Below, in pieces: positions 1-12,464 of a stretch of 64,000 bases of DNA (positions are counted from its first letter, which is position 1; each line of letters starts with the position of its first letter). Origin of the DNA: Azolla caroliniana. Lineage: Eukaryota > Plantae > Polypodiophyta. Location: NCBI GenBank assembly GCA_043228905.1, contig JBHGNT010000015.1, positions 13,330,001-13,394,000 of the forward strand, in the 5' to 3' direction. The notes beneath the pieces were generated by a model. It made no database searches. It was not told the DNA's origin and worked only from the letters and a program-made list of their open reading frames with translations. Made by a program: the position numbers and the translations under genes.

Positions 1-804
1 ATGGTTGAGAAAGTGTATTATGTGAAAAAATGAGTGCACTCGCAAGTAATATTCTAGTCTTGTGAGTAGGAAGCAAATGTTATGAAAAAAAAGATAAATA
101 AGTCACTGCCTATAAGACACAAGAAGTGACGAAAAGAAGGTTCAAAAAACCATGTGTTACCTACTAAATAAAAATGGCACAAATAAATGGATGGTGCGAG
201 GTATGCACATATCTATCCCAATATGGTGATTGTAATTTGCACAATTGTGACATAAGCCACAAATTGATACAAATGGTGGTGGTGTTGGGTGCAAAGATGT
301 AGTACTCAAATCTAGGAGTAAAATATCAATAGGGGAACTCTTGTGTTTCTAATCGAGTTCTAAGGCTCAATTACATGCGTTAAACCTAGAGGACACTTTG
401 GAAAAAATATTTTAAAAATGGCATGATGCCCACTCAATATGAAAAAAAATAGTCTACACAAAATTGTTACCCAATAGGGGAAACACACGTAAATAGTGTA
501 GATGAACATAAAAATTAAGGGTAAAAAAACAATGAAATGTGGGTGGGTAGATGACAATCATAATAAAATCTTAAGAAAGGGAAAAGACAAATTGAGTGAA
601 GTATGCAAAAGGACCATGAGGTGAGTGTGTGTGATTAGTGCAAACACGCTCAGCCCGATCGGCGATGCACAAGAATAATTATTATCGTAAGAGAAAGCTC
701 AATAAAGCTGAGAGTGGGATATACAATGCATTGTGCAAATAGGCCATGAGTTGAGAGTGTGCGATTAGTGCAAACACGCGCGACCCGATGCACAATTAGA
801 ATTA

Positions 805-1035
805 ATAGAGACAAAAACAGAGAATGGGGAAAACGGAAATCTGTAGAGCTCGGTCCGTCAACACTTCGTTCTCCAAAATCATGAATCCCTCCCTTTGTCT
901 TTTCTTTCTCCTTTTATAGCTCAGGTTGTTAAGACAACCGCTTTTTGTCTCCGATTCTCTCCTCGATTTCCTATCATCAATCCCCTTTATTCATCTACTC
1001 GTGTGGTAATAAAAGTACCTATCAAAACATGCTCT
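805..1035 (-). repeat. Partial LTR of Trp-primed Gypsy X (matches ~7500-7750)
   Basis: Clear similarity to 7500-7750 (gagacaaaaacagagaatgggg...aaaagtacctatc) and partly to 1640-1755. Confidence 0.75.
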
Positions 1036-1151
1036 CGACAGCTTGTTGAGCCGCATCTCGCCTTTCTCTTTCCTTCGAAAACCTCATGATCATACTCAAC
1101 ATCATCTCCTCAAAATTTTCTTCCTCCATCACCATCCTCCCTTGCCGCCCC

Positions 1152-1169
1152 TTCATGTCGGGTTCACCA
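1152..1169 (-). promoter_or_regulatory. tRNA-Trp primer-binding site followed by a short gag stub
   Basis: Minus strand reads TGGTGAACCCGACATGAA, one mismatch to the PBS of element C. It lies 4 nt from the LTR end at 1174. Confidence 0.8.
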
Positions 1170-1173
1170 AAGA

Positions 1174-1890
1174 TGTCGTGGAAATCCGCAAGTGTATGTT
1201 GGCTTGGGCGAGTCCACGGTGATCTTGGACTAGGGAGTAAAAGAAGGGGAAAGTGGGAGCTTAACAAAGCCTTCGAGCACAAAAGGGGAGGAACAATGTG
1301 CGAATATTAAAAAGATAAAGGGCTAGATCGAGACAAGCTTTATCACGCTAATTCCATTACGAGGCACTAAAGCCACAAACACAACATGATTACAATCGCG
1401 ACCATATAGGCTGAACTCAAGCACACCTAGAAAACCTAACCAGATAGGAGGAAGAACTAAACCCTAATCGAGAGAAAGGAAAACAATATGAAAGGGGAAC
1501 CTAAAACCGAAACCCTAAAACGAAATAGGGATGAGAATAACTAAAACCCTGACGGTCTACCTCCAAATGACAAAATGGTGACCCCCTCAATGGTGCCTCC
1601 TCACCCCTTTTTTATAGTTCAAGGAGAGAGAGACCGTTACATCCGACTGTTAAGACAACCACTTTCTGTCCCTGATTCTCTCCTCGATTTCCTCTCATAA
1701 ATCCCCTTTATTCCTCTACTCGTGTGGTCATAAAACTACCTATCGAAACATGCTTCCCTAATATTCAATAATAGATAAGTATTTACATATGTTTGTACAT
1801 AAAGATTGGTTAACTAGTGTGCATCCATGCACACCCTCGTTCATGCGCATCCGACTCCTTTTCTCCCTATGGTCAGAATCCTCCATGACA
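1174..1890 (-). repeat. LTR (717 bp) with a PPT-like tract on one side and a PBS on the other
   Basis: Termini tgtcgtgg...ccatgaca. The tract ggtttggtgggggccga (minus) is at 1891-1907 and the Trp PBS is at 1152-1169. Confidence 0.8.
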
Positions 1891-1899
1891 TCGGCCCCC

Positions 1900-4800
1900 A
1901 CCAAACCGTACGTCCTCCAACACGTGCCAAGTAGTGAAACTGTGGAGATTCCGGCTCAGTCTTCACTCGTCCTCTCCCGAACCGTTGCCGATCCGTTCCT
2001 CTTTCGACTCCTCGCCCTCTCCGGTGCTTTCGACCTCTACCTCAGGGTTCTGCTCCGCTTTGTGCTGCTTCTTGAAAGCCTTGATCCATTTTCTTGCAAT
2101 CGGCACCGCGATCCTCGTCCCATCGAGCTCAGCCAAATGGTACGTCACGTTGTTGTTGGCGCTCGTGACCACATAAGTCCGAAACCACCGCTTCACAAAC
2201 TTTCGGGTTGACCAGTGTTGGTTCTCGAGGCTGTTATCGTATACCAGCACCTAGTTGCCTTCTTCGATCGTCTTCGGCCAAAGTCGTTGTGTTCGGTCGA
2301 AATGCCTTGTAGCTTTGCCTTGGCTCATCCTATGTCCTCCGGGCGCCTCTTGAGTTGTGCAAATTTGCATGGTCAACTCATCTCGTTCGACCAGTCGACC
2401 AACGTACACGAGGCTATCATCCACTCTACCGGCATTATTGGCTTCTGTTCGATCGGTGTGTATGCGGCCACCGAACTGTGCATAGTCCGGTCAGTCCAGA
2501 CGCCTCTCGAGTTGCCAAATTCGCATGGCCAATAGTTCAACCCAACTCATCTTGTTCAACCAGTAGACCGACGTCCACGAGGCTATCGTCCGCTCTACCG
2601 GCATTATCGGCTTCTTCCGAACATGAGTTCGGCCAAAGTGTATGAGGCCACCGAACTGTGCATAGTCTGGTCAGCCCACAACGCATAAGGTAGAAGTCTC
2701 GGTCAGTTACCGACTCGTTCGTCGCATGCTTGCACTATCCCCTCAACAATCCGATCGTGCCCTCTTTTGACCTTTTTGTTTTCCTCTAGATTGTATGCCG
2801 TCGTGAGGGAGAGCTTGACCCCTAGTCAATCGAAAAGCTCCTCTACTTCCTGCGTGTCCAGCTCCCCTCGATCGGCCACGATCTTCCCCACAAACCCGTA
2901 CTAGCAAATCACATCCTCGATTATGAACCGGCATACCGTTGCATTTGTCTTGTTTGTTAATGCCCAGCCCTCTTCTTGGTTCATCAAGTCCTCTCGTGCA
3001 AGCACTAGGTACCGCATTTGGCCTACCCCCATCAGCATTATCACTAAGTCCACCATCCATTTGAAGTGAATGGTTGGCAGGTAGGTTGGGCGCAGCTGAT
3101 TACGGTATCGGATTCTGGAGTGTACTTGAACACTCTCGCATGTCATCATGAAGTGGTGCACATCTCAATACATTCTCGGCCACCAATATCTCTCCTTGAG
3201 CTTTTCGAATGTGGCCCATGTTCCCCGATGTCTGGACAAGGGACTCTTGTGGAACTCGGACATCAGCACCGATTGGTCCTCTGTCTGCATCACCACCCGG
3301 AGTGGTGTGTCGTTCTGCCTCTTCGGATGCCGCCACATCTTACCGTCTCGCAAGAAGAACTTCTAGGCCTTCTTCTAGATTTGACCGGCCTCTTCCTTCG
3401 TCCACGCTGCGTCTGGCGCCATCGTGCTTAGGAACCTTCTGATTTGAAGCCACTCCTCGTTGTAGTCATCCTTGTCGAACTCGTTCAGGGCCGGAGCGCT
3501 TTGCTGACATTCGATCTGACTCAAAGAAGTCCACACCAACCTTTTCATCTTCTGACACCATGCCGCCCTCTCCTTCGAACTGTGCTCTTGACAACATATC
3601 GGCCATGGCGTTGACTTTACCGGAGATGTGTTGAATCTCCGAACTCAGGGCCTTTATATACACGGTCCACTAGAGCATTTCCAAGTCCGGAGTCGCGCAT
3701 CCGAAAATCATACCGAGAATCTGATCAGATAATCTTTGTCGGCCTTAACCACTAAAATGATATAACTTGGGCATATCCTCATTGTCGCTCACTTAGCACC
3801 TTCAAACCGAATCGGACGGCGAACCGCGCCCTGGTGTCGTGGTGTGGCGTGTGCAGTGTGAGAAAAAGCGAGGTTCCACGCACATCTTCGTCGAATGAGA
3901 CAGCCTCGACGGCATCACTTATCTCATCGTCGTGGCCCAAGGCTCCACATGCCTTCAAGCGCCCTTCAACTTGCCTCTTCTCCTGACCATGGATGTCAGT
4001 TATGGTACGACCTCCATTTCCGAAGAGCCAAAACTTCTTATCTATAACACAAGTGTGGGGTTTCTTCCAGATGTCTGGACTATCGCGGCCCCATGCCTTG
4101 ATAGCCCTCTCTAAAAGTCCTCCCAGCACTCGTTCCTGAGGGAGTCCCAATTCCTCTCGTGATTTGCCCAAACCGTCAAAAATTGGATGGAATGCCGATT
4201 GTCCTAGCTCTTAACCCATGCATATGTCGAACCGTTGTCTAGCACCTTGGTCTCCATTCAAGCTGTCGTGATGTAGAGTTCTCTGAGTATCACTAGATGC
4301 GAGGATGTCTCTTGCACGAAGAAGTGTTGGTCTATCTCGACGTCTCCGACCTTCACCTGGATGTTCGGACACACACCATGAAGCTCCTCCGTTGCGTCGG
4401 TCGTTGTGCGTATCTTCTACCCATGCTTCATGTTGATCGACCACTGTCCCTTTTCGTAGAAGTCCATGGACATCAGGTTTATTTTAGATCCATGGTCGAT
4501 CAGAGCCACCACCAGTTCTTTCACATACTCGATCTAGATCGGGGTCTCCGTTGTTGCTCTCGCCCAATGTGGCCGCGTGTGGAGGCTTTCAGCGTATTCC
4601 GTTTTTATTGCTACTTCATCAATGTGTGCAACCTTTACTTCAACCGGCCTCTCATTCTTCGGCTCCAACGAGAGTCGCTTCCTCTTCACGAGGTCGATGA
4701 TAGAATCGTGGAACTCCTTCTTTGCTATCCCTAGCACCTCCCTCAAGGTGAGTTCCACCCGACTGCCGAGGATTCATTCCTCCAAGACCTTCCACAGGTT

Positions 4801-6395
4801 CGTCACTCTCTCTATCTCCAAGCTTTGCCGGAGGCTCAGGAACTTAGCCTTTTCCTATGAGCCAATTGGGCCTCTGTCATTTTTCTTTGGACAGCTCCAA
4901 GTCTCATACCGGTTCGAAGGTTTGGCCCCTCCGGCCTTCCCGGCCCGCTTCTCTTCAACCAGAACCTCGTAGTTCTGGCACGCAGCTTCCACGAAGCCGA
5001 TTTTCTCTTCAATCAGATCGTTCCATCCGGTGCCCTCTTGGACCTACCTCTCCCCATGATTTGCCTCTTCCTTCCCTGTCCTCACTCCGGATAAGCCCTC
5101 TTGCACAAGCAGCCAGAATCTGGCACCGCTTCCGGAACCAATGCCCTTCTCTCAGCCTACCCAAATCCCTGCCGACACTAAGTAGTGAATGGCCTCGACG
5201 TTTCGGGCCGTGGCCTCCTCCATTATCCTCTTCATGTTGCCTCATCCGGTGTTCACCTCAAGGGGCCTTCACGTGTACCTGCTTGTTCCACAGGCACATG
5301 ACATTGTTCTGGAGTTCTTCGGCGAAATCGGTGCACTCTCTGTATGTGGCTGACGACATCACACCACATGCACCTTTGGTCATTTGGAGGCCCCCAATCA
5401 CACGACTGACCCCTGCCATCTCTCCAAGCTTGCATATCTGGAGATCGCACACCATCTTCGTTAACTCCTCCAAAGTTGCGGCCCCGATTGGTCCTTCAAC
5501 CACGTTGCTCGGAACCGGCCCCGACTCAAGCCACCTCCTTGTTTCCTCTCACTGAGTCAGAATCTCCTCCAACTTTTTCCTAGTAGTTTCGCCGGTTGTT
5601 GACGACCCCGTGCCGTTCCATTCCCACCGTTTGTCAAAACGGCGGCAAACTCTCTTGACCATAGCCCCTCATCCATCTCCAACAGGAGACCCACCTTCTC
5701 CCAATCAAACAGATCGACCAATTTGATGAATAGCAGGACCTTGCTCGTGTCAAGCATGGTCTGGTCCAATGCCAAAAGGCGCGCAAAACGCTTCTCAAAC
5801 TCACGGAGAAGCACTGATGTGTTTCGGTTTAGGGTTTAGCTCGATCCACTCCATGAACGCCCTCTTCGACAACCGGAGCGAGTCATAAAAACAGTACCTC
5901 TCGAGGAGTCGCTCCTCGAGCTCCGACCAGTTCCGACAATCGGCCTTTATCTCGAGCACCTCTGCATGGATGCTCGACGTCACTACCCGAGGGAATCCAT
6001 ATAGTTTTCTGTCCTCCGGGATGTCCCTCATTATCATTTCGGCCCAGTGCCCTCTTCAACAACCGGACCCAGTCATCGACGTCGTACCTCTCGAGGAGTC
6101 TCTCCTCGAGCTCCGACCAGTTCTAACAATCATCTTGTATCTCGAGCACCTTTGCATGGATGCTCAACGTTACTACCCGAGGGAATCCAGATAGTTTTTT
6201 GTCCTCCGAGATGTCCCTCATTATCATTTCAGCCCGATAAGCCTCTAGGTAGCTTTTCACGTCCTTCCCATTAAATCGGCCTATCATGCGGACTATCATT
6301 TCAATGGCCCTGTTGAGGCCACCTGCGCCCTCACACGCATTCACTATATGATCGACAGTCGCCGCCATCGCCTGTGCAAGTTCACTTCCCCTCAT
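1900..6395 (-). pseudogene. gag-protease and pol (RNase H, integrase) pseudogene of element X
   Basis: ORF fragments 6123-6395, 5801-6037, 5557-5814, 4534-4758, 3466-3663, 3165-3353, 2901-3161 and 1963-2250 align to element C proteins, with many stops and frameshifts. Confidence 0.85.
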
Positions 6396-6418
6396 CTTGG
6401 TTTCCTTTGCCGCCCCTT

Positions 6419-6436
6419 TTCACGTTGGGTTCACCA
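6419..6436 (-). promoter_or_regulatory. tRNA-Trp primer-binding site of element X
   Basis: Minus strand TGGTGAACCCAACGTGAA, directly upstream of gag. Confidence 0.8.
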
Positions 6437-6440
6437 AAGA

Positions 6441-7247
6441 TGCTACAGTTTTTCTCCTTGTTGTCTGGTTCTTTTCTTGCTTGGTACGAAAAGATGGACA
6501 TCTTTAAGTGCTTCCAAACGTATTTTACTACGTATAAAACGGACAACTACGTATCGAGTTATGTGTATATGAAGCTGGAGAAGATGGGGGGGGGACAGAA
6601 CTATAAGATATCCCACATAGACAGGATAATCTCGGATCTAGCAGTATGTAGTTCATATTTGTGCGTTTGGAGCACAGGCCAAACTGCTCGGAACGGTTTA
6701 GAACGGTCGAATTGCTCAAAACAGCTAGGCAATATGTAGTGCACAGGCCATAATTGAACATGCAGTCCATGCACAACTAAAGTAAATGTTATGTGGGATG
6801 TCGTAATTGAACGTGGAGTCCATGTAACTAAAGTAAACGCCATGTGGGACACATGCAACTAAACTAGGGATGCAAACTTGAGTTCCTTCATGCAAGGGTA
6901 TCTTCGAGTGGTAATAGGCGAGAATCTTAAAGGGGAGGAAAAAGCTATCAAATAAAAAACCCTAACCCTAAATTTTGTGAAGGAAAGGATATCTCAAAAA
7001 CCCTAACTCTATTTTTTCTTATCCAAGCCATATCTTCGTTAATCTATTAATCTCGGTAAGCCTAAAACTTCTGTAATCTCAATCTTGGGATAGGTTGTAA
7101 TTTTTCTTTTTCTGTACTTATGAAAATTACCAAACTTTCTCATTTCCGTTAATTCTTTAAAAAACAAACGCACGAATCTGGTATCCTCTGGTCAGAGGCC
7201 CCAGGGTCCTACCTCAAGTTCACGTGTCTTTGTCGTATTTTGTGACA
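6441..7247. repeat. Probable unrelated solo LTR inserted between the PBS and 5' LTR of X
   Basis: TG...CA termini (tgctac...gtgaca), telobox-like aaaccctaaccctaa, no coding signal. No clean TSD seen. Confidence 0.4.
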
Positions 7248-7249
7248 AT

Positions 7250-7881
7250 GTGTGTGTTGGAAACGGGGTTGGACCACCAAGGAGTCGGTAAGGGAACCCT
7301 AAACCCAAAAGACACCCAACGACGCGAGGTGATCCAAATAGCATCAAAATGATCAATTAGTTAGGAATAACATAAATACAACCGGACTTAGTCGACAACA
7401 GAGCTACTAACTCACACTCACACACACAAATGCTAACGAGCCTCTGATCAAGAGCACATGGACTACCGGTGTGAAACGGAGGCCTCACAGCACAAGAACA
7501 GAGACAAAAACAGAGAATGGGGAGAACGGAAATCTGCAGAGCTCGGTCCAGCAACACTTCATTCTCCAAAATCGTGGATCCCTCCCTCTCTCTTCTCTCT
7601 CTCCTTTTATAGCTCAAGGAGAGAGAGACCGTTACATCAAGCTATTAAGACATCCACTTTTTGTCCCCAATTCTCTTCTCGATTTCCTTTCATCAATCCC
7701 CTTTATTCCTCTACTCATGTGGTCATAAAAGTACCTATCGAAATGTGCTTCCCTAATATTCAACAATACATAAGTATTTACATATGTTTGTACATAAAGG
7801 CTGGTTAGTGTGCATCCATGCACACCCTCGGTCACCCGCATCCAGCTCCTTTTCTCCCTATGGCCAGAATCCTCCGCGACA
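7250..7881 (-). repeat. 5' LTR of element X
   Basis: The right ~280 bp match 1610-1890 and it ends cctccgcgaca. Left boundary approximate. Confidence 0.7.
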
Positions 7882-7927
7882 CCGGAATTAGAATGTTCGT
7901 TTGATCCTAAGAAGGGCATGACAAGCA

Positions 7928-8051
7928 TTTACTTACAATTTTTTTGTTGTTTTGATTATTTTTGCGTGCGAGTGATGGGGATCTAACAAGGAAGATTTAC
8001 TTACAATTTTTTTGTTGTTTTGATGACTTTTGCGTGTGAGTGATGGGGATC
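7928..8051. repeat. Tandem duplication of a ~55-bp T-rich unit
   Basis: atttacttacaattttttgttgttttgat...gagtgatggggatc occurs twice, ~68 bp apart. Confidence 0.8.
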
Positions 8052-8531
8052 AATAGACCAAAATAAAGTAAAAAGAAGGAAAATAGATTGGATAGAAGAA
8101 CCCATTCCACCCGGCCACCCCCGAGCTATGATCAAGACATAGCCAACCTACCACCACATCCCATACTGCCGGATATTAGGATGACTAATACCTTGAAAGA
8201 GATAACACGATCGTTGAGATGAAAGCCTAGCCCGCACCACTAGTGTCTAAGACAACATCCTTCCGACGTAATGTCCTTATGAGGGTAGCTAAGCCTCATA
8301 TTTATACCTCTTCCTAGGCCCCTTGAATAGATGTGCCTTTCTAAAAGGCTCTCCATTCATTGGTTGTCCAAATCATGATAGTGCATACACCTATCATTCC
8401 TCCTATCCAATCACATTAGTCCCCTTTTTAACATTAGCGAACATACCGTTTACTTATGTAAATATTAGTGACTTACCCTCATCTACGTTATGTGTATATA
8501 ACACACACACACACACACACACATACATCGT

Positions 8532-8597
8532 GAATGACCTAGTGGTTAGAGCTTAATTGTACTATAGGTGTAGAGTTTGATTCTTTGTCAGTGCAAC
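8532..8597 (+). other. Degenerate tRNA-like Pol III A/B-box cassette
   Basis: TGACCTAGTGGTTAGAGC (A-box/D-arm-like) and GAGTTTGATTC (B-box-like) at tRNA spacing. No intact cloverleaf. Confidence 0.45.
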
Positions 8598-8821
8598 ACA
8601 ATTAAAGGGCATCCACTCCCTTTTTTAGGTCGCTCATTTTGTGTTTTGAGAGCGCACCATTAGGGTGTCCTTTTCTTCTCTGGATTTAGAGTTTCTTTCA
8701 TCTTTTCTCAACATACTTCAAACTTTAGGGTTTTTGTCTTCGTGAGTATTAAGGGTTCTTCTTCTTGTTCTCAAGCGCACCTTGAGATAGATTCTCTAGC
8801 GAGAGCCATTATGCATTGGTG

Positions 8822-9274
8822 TGTTACCGGCTGGCAAGAAGGCTTAAGGAGGTCCAAATCAGAGTGTGAAAATTCTGGAACTGTTGTAATTAGTAATCTT
8901 AATATAGATATTAATATATGAGAAGATGTGGACGGACGAACCGGAATCGGTATGCCGATCCGGATCCAGACCGATCCCGTAAAGGTGTCGATTGGCATCG
9001 TTTTGTATTTCACACCGGAGACCTATATAAAGGCCCGGTTATAATGTAATCAGAAGCGGATAATTAATAGAGCTTATTGTCTTAATCTTCCAGTGTTGAT
9101 TATCGTTTTGTATTCATTGTTATATCCTACGCGTGTTAATTACGGATTGCTAAGTAACCAATTAAGGTCTAATTAAACGTTGTGCCGTAAGTCATTCTGT
9201 CGTACCACCCTTTGGTGAAGTGTCTTAAGTGGACACCCTATGTTAGGTTGTTGTTCGGCCCTAGGATTACAACA
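8822..9274 (+). repeat. 5' LTR of element A
   Basis: Direct repeat of 29897-30358 with TATA-like cctatataaag. Confidence 0.92.
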
Positions 9275-11279
9275 CTTTTTGGCGACCACTAAGGCGAACC
9301 CCTTTTGGAGATGAAGTCGAAGACTAATACGCAACATAGACATGGCAACAATGAAATGCAACAAAAGGCTACGATTATGTGCGAAAGAAATCGGAAATGG
9401 AAGATTGATTGCCATACAATTCTACAACAAATTAATCTCTATATATGTGTGTTTTATTTGGTCTGTTTTTATCATAAATGTCCGAGAAATGTTGCCAAAA
9501 ATGTACGAGACGCATTGTGAGTGTGCGAGAATGGCAACAACATATGTGCAAATTTGTAGTTAGCAATGTGTGTGTGCAAGAAATCATGGTGCGAGAGACA
9601 ACCAGAAAGACAACCAGAAAGACGAAGACAAGTAACTAGAAAGACGACTAGACGGACAACGGAGCAAGAACCGACACAAAAACTCCGGTTAGAAGGGAGT
9701 CGGTGCTAGCACTACCGGAAAGAGACACCCACCAGGAGACTGTGGAGGAAGACGCAGTGTGTGGGGTGGAGGCCGGCAAGATGTGCTAAGAATGCACGGG
9801 ACCGGAATCAGAAGTGTTCACAGTGTCCAAAAGAAGCAACTCGGAGAGAGTCAGAACTAGAACCAGAGTTGGTTAGCACCGAAGCGGCCGTAATGGCCGG
9901 ACGGCAGCCGGAAAGCCTGCTAGAGTAGATGACCGAAACAGAAACAATGACAGTGACGTTGAAAAGCGATGGACGGAGAGACAACCGTCAGTCATCAATG
10001 ACAGAACGACAACCGGATGATGACTGAACAGAGCGGCCAAAACAGACGGCCAACTGCAGACTGGCGGAATAGGGCTGACAAAGCCGAAGACAACGACAAA
10101 TGGAGATGGTGATGACCGGACAAGGCCAGATAGATAGAGATGTCGAACAATGATGACAGACAACAACAACTGCGGGGCTGGACAGACACACACAGCAACG
10201 GACGAAGCGATAGAGATGGAGACGGTAGTGGAGACGGATGGAAACCAATAGAGACAATCACGGAGTCGGCAACACAAAATGACCGGACAGAGGTAGAGAA
10301 GGACGGGCAGAGACAACTGGAGATGGAGATGGAGCCGGTGGACAGGGCCGGACAAATATGGAACGACAGCCAAACATCAGCCGAAGAGTGGAAGGAGCGA
10401 CCGGAATGTTCGGAAACCGGCCGGAATAGCTGGACAATGGATGGAGCAGCCGGAGCGACCGAGAGGAAGACAAGGTCGGAGAAACAGACAGACAGCCGGG
10501 ACGACGAACCAAACGCACGGTCGGAAGATGATGACGACGATCGGACACCGACAAAGACGGAGGAGAGGCCATAGAGCGACCTAAGAGCGGTCGTAGTGGC
10601 CGAACGGCGCCGAAATGGAGGAGGCCGGACCGGATGCCACCGGACAACGACGAAGACAGCGGAACGATGGCCGAACAGAGACCAAGAGCAACGGAGACTA
10701 CAGCCGAGATGCACAGCCAGGGCAACGATAATGGCCAGACGATGGGACATCGACACCGAAAAGCGATAGAGACGATGACAACGACGGACAACAGGTCGAT
10801 GGGCGCAGGAAGAAACAACACGAAATGACACAGAAGAAGGAACTAGAACACACAGAGAAGAAAGTGCAGAGTATAGAAGACAAGGAATAGACTAGAAAAT
10901 GGAAAGAAACGAGAAATGCAGAAAAAGACAAATTCAGGAAAGGAACGGAAGAAGAACTACAAAAGAAAACAAGAACCAAATGAGGAAGAAGAGGAAAAAG
11001 AACAAAAGGAGGAGAAGAAGATGCAAGAAAGTGTAGAAGAAGAAGAAAAAGAAAAAGAACCCTAAAATAAAATTGAAAAGAGAGGGAAAAAGAGGAAAAA
11101 CAAAAGGGGCACGTAACAAATATTGAAATCCTGAGGGTATGAATGAAATTATAAAACCTCGAGGGTACATAATTAAAATGTTAAAAACCAAAGGGCACCT
11201 ACGGAATTTCAAAAACTCATGAACCTAAAAGAAATGGATGCGATCAAAGAGTGGTCACCGGTTTAGGGTTGGGGAATCC

Positions 11280-12331
11280 GGCCATTTAAACCACCGGCAA
11301 TGAGAACCGGTAACCGGTACGTGATCGTCGCGACAGATTACTGCACTAAGTGGGTGGAAGCGAAAGCCCTACAAGACACCACCGCGGCGTCAATGGCGAA
11401 ATTCTTATACGACAGCATTTGGTGCCGATACGGATGCCCCATAGAGCTGATAAGCGACCAAGGAGGACACTTTCTTGGACAGGTGGTAGAAAGTTTGACG
11501 ACGTTCTATGCGGTAGTACATAAACGAAGCACACCGTACTATCCGCAAGCAAACGAGTTAGCTGAGTTGACGAACAAAACGCTCCAGAATATCCTCCGGA
11601 AAATCGTCAACGAAAACCGGACGGATTGGGATACGAAGTTGCATAGTGCGCTCTGGGCCTACCGGACAGCGTACAAAAAAAGCATCCGAACAACACCGTT
11701 CTGGTTAGCATTCAGATTAGAGGCAGTCATGCCGGTCGAGTTCCAGGTACCAAGCTTACGGATTCAGATTCGGGAACGACTGAACGAAAAGGAATCGGAG
11801 GCAATTCGGTTAAAGGCTTTGTGTGAACTAGAAGAACACCGACTGGAAAGCATCATGCACCTGGAATTGGAACAACGGCGACGGAAGGCGTTTGTAGATC
11901 GGCACCGGAAGGGAAACAAAAAGCTATTCGAAATCGGCAAGCCGGTACTCGTGTTCCAGACCCGGATGGGCAAAATGCCAGGTAAACTACGGTTTAGATG
12001 GACCGGACCGTACTAGATCGCACGCGAGTTCAATGGGTCCTACCAGTTAGGAACACTTGTTGGCGAAGTGTAGAGTAAATGGGTCAACGGATTTAGACTA
12101 AAGCCATACAAAGCACCTATGCCAAAGAACCCATTTGAACAAAGGACCGCCACCGAATCAGACGCCGGCAGGCCAACCACGACGGCAACCCGTGAGGAAA
12201 ACGGCTACCACCAAGCCGGTAAGGGGGAGCACGAGCCGACAATCGGGGAAAGCATAATGACGGCAAACCGTCAAGAGGCCGGTATGGTGCACATTTCGGG
12301 TAAGGGTCCGACAGGACCGGAGAAAAATTAA
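11280..12331 (+). pseudogene. Integrase (rve core plus GPY motif) of element A
   Basis: DYCTKWVEAKAL...ISDQGGHF...YYPQAN...WTGPY, with premature stops. gag, PR, RT and RH are absent upstream. Confidence 0.9.
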
Positions 12332-12464
12332 GCACACAATTTGTCTTACAAAAAAAAAAAAAAAATCAAATAAAGGAGCGAATCAAATAAATCATGGAAA
12401 GGAGTGGTGGAAACGGCCATGCAAACGAGGAGTAAAGAGGCACGTCGAAAAGGTACGAAGGGCT

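Larger units (their letters stand above)
1174..7881 (-). mobile_element. Degenerate Ty3/Gypsy element X (same lineage as C)
   Basis: Fragmented gag (FNGKDVKSYL), HWARATTET motif, protease with LIDHGS, and RNase H/integrase fragments homologous to 15493-21092. Trp PBS at 6419-6436; LTRs at 1174-1890 and ~7250-7881. Most of RT appears deleted. Confidence 0.85.

Noticed and set aside
1-800. Coding potential in the first 800 bp
   Set aside because: AT-rich with short ORFs and a small local duplication (~614-650 and ~744-790); no identifiable product.
9873-10831. Long minus-strand ORFs as host genes
   Set aside because: Explained by compositional bias within element A's leader; no recognisable domain.
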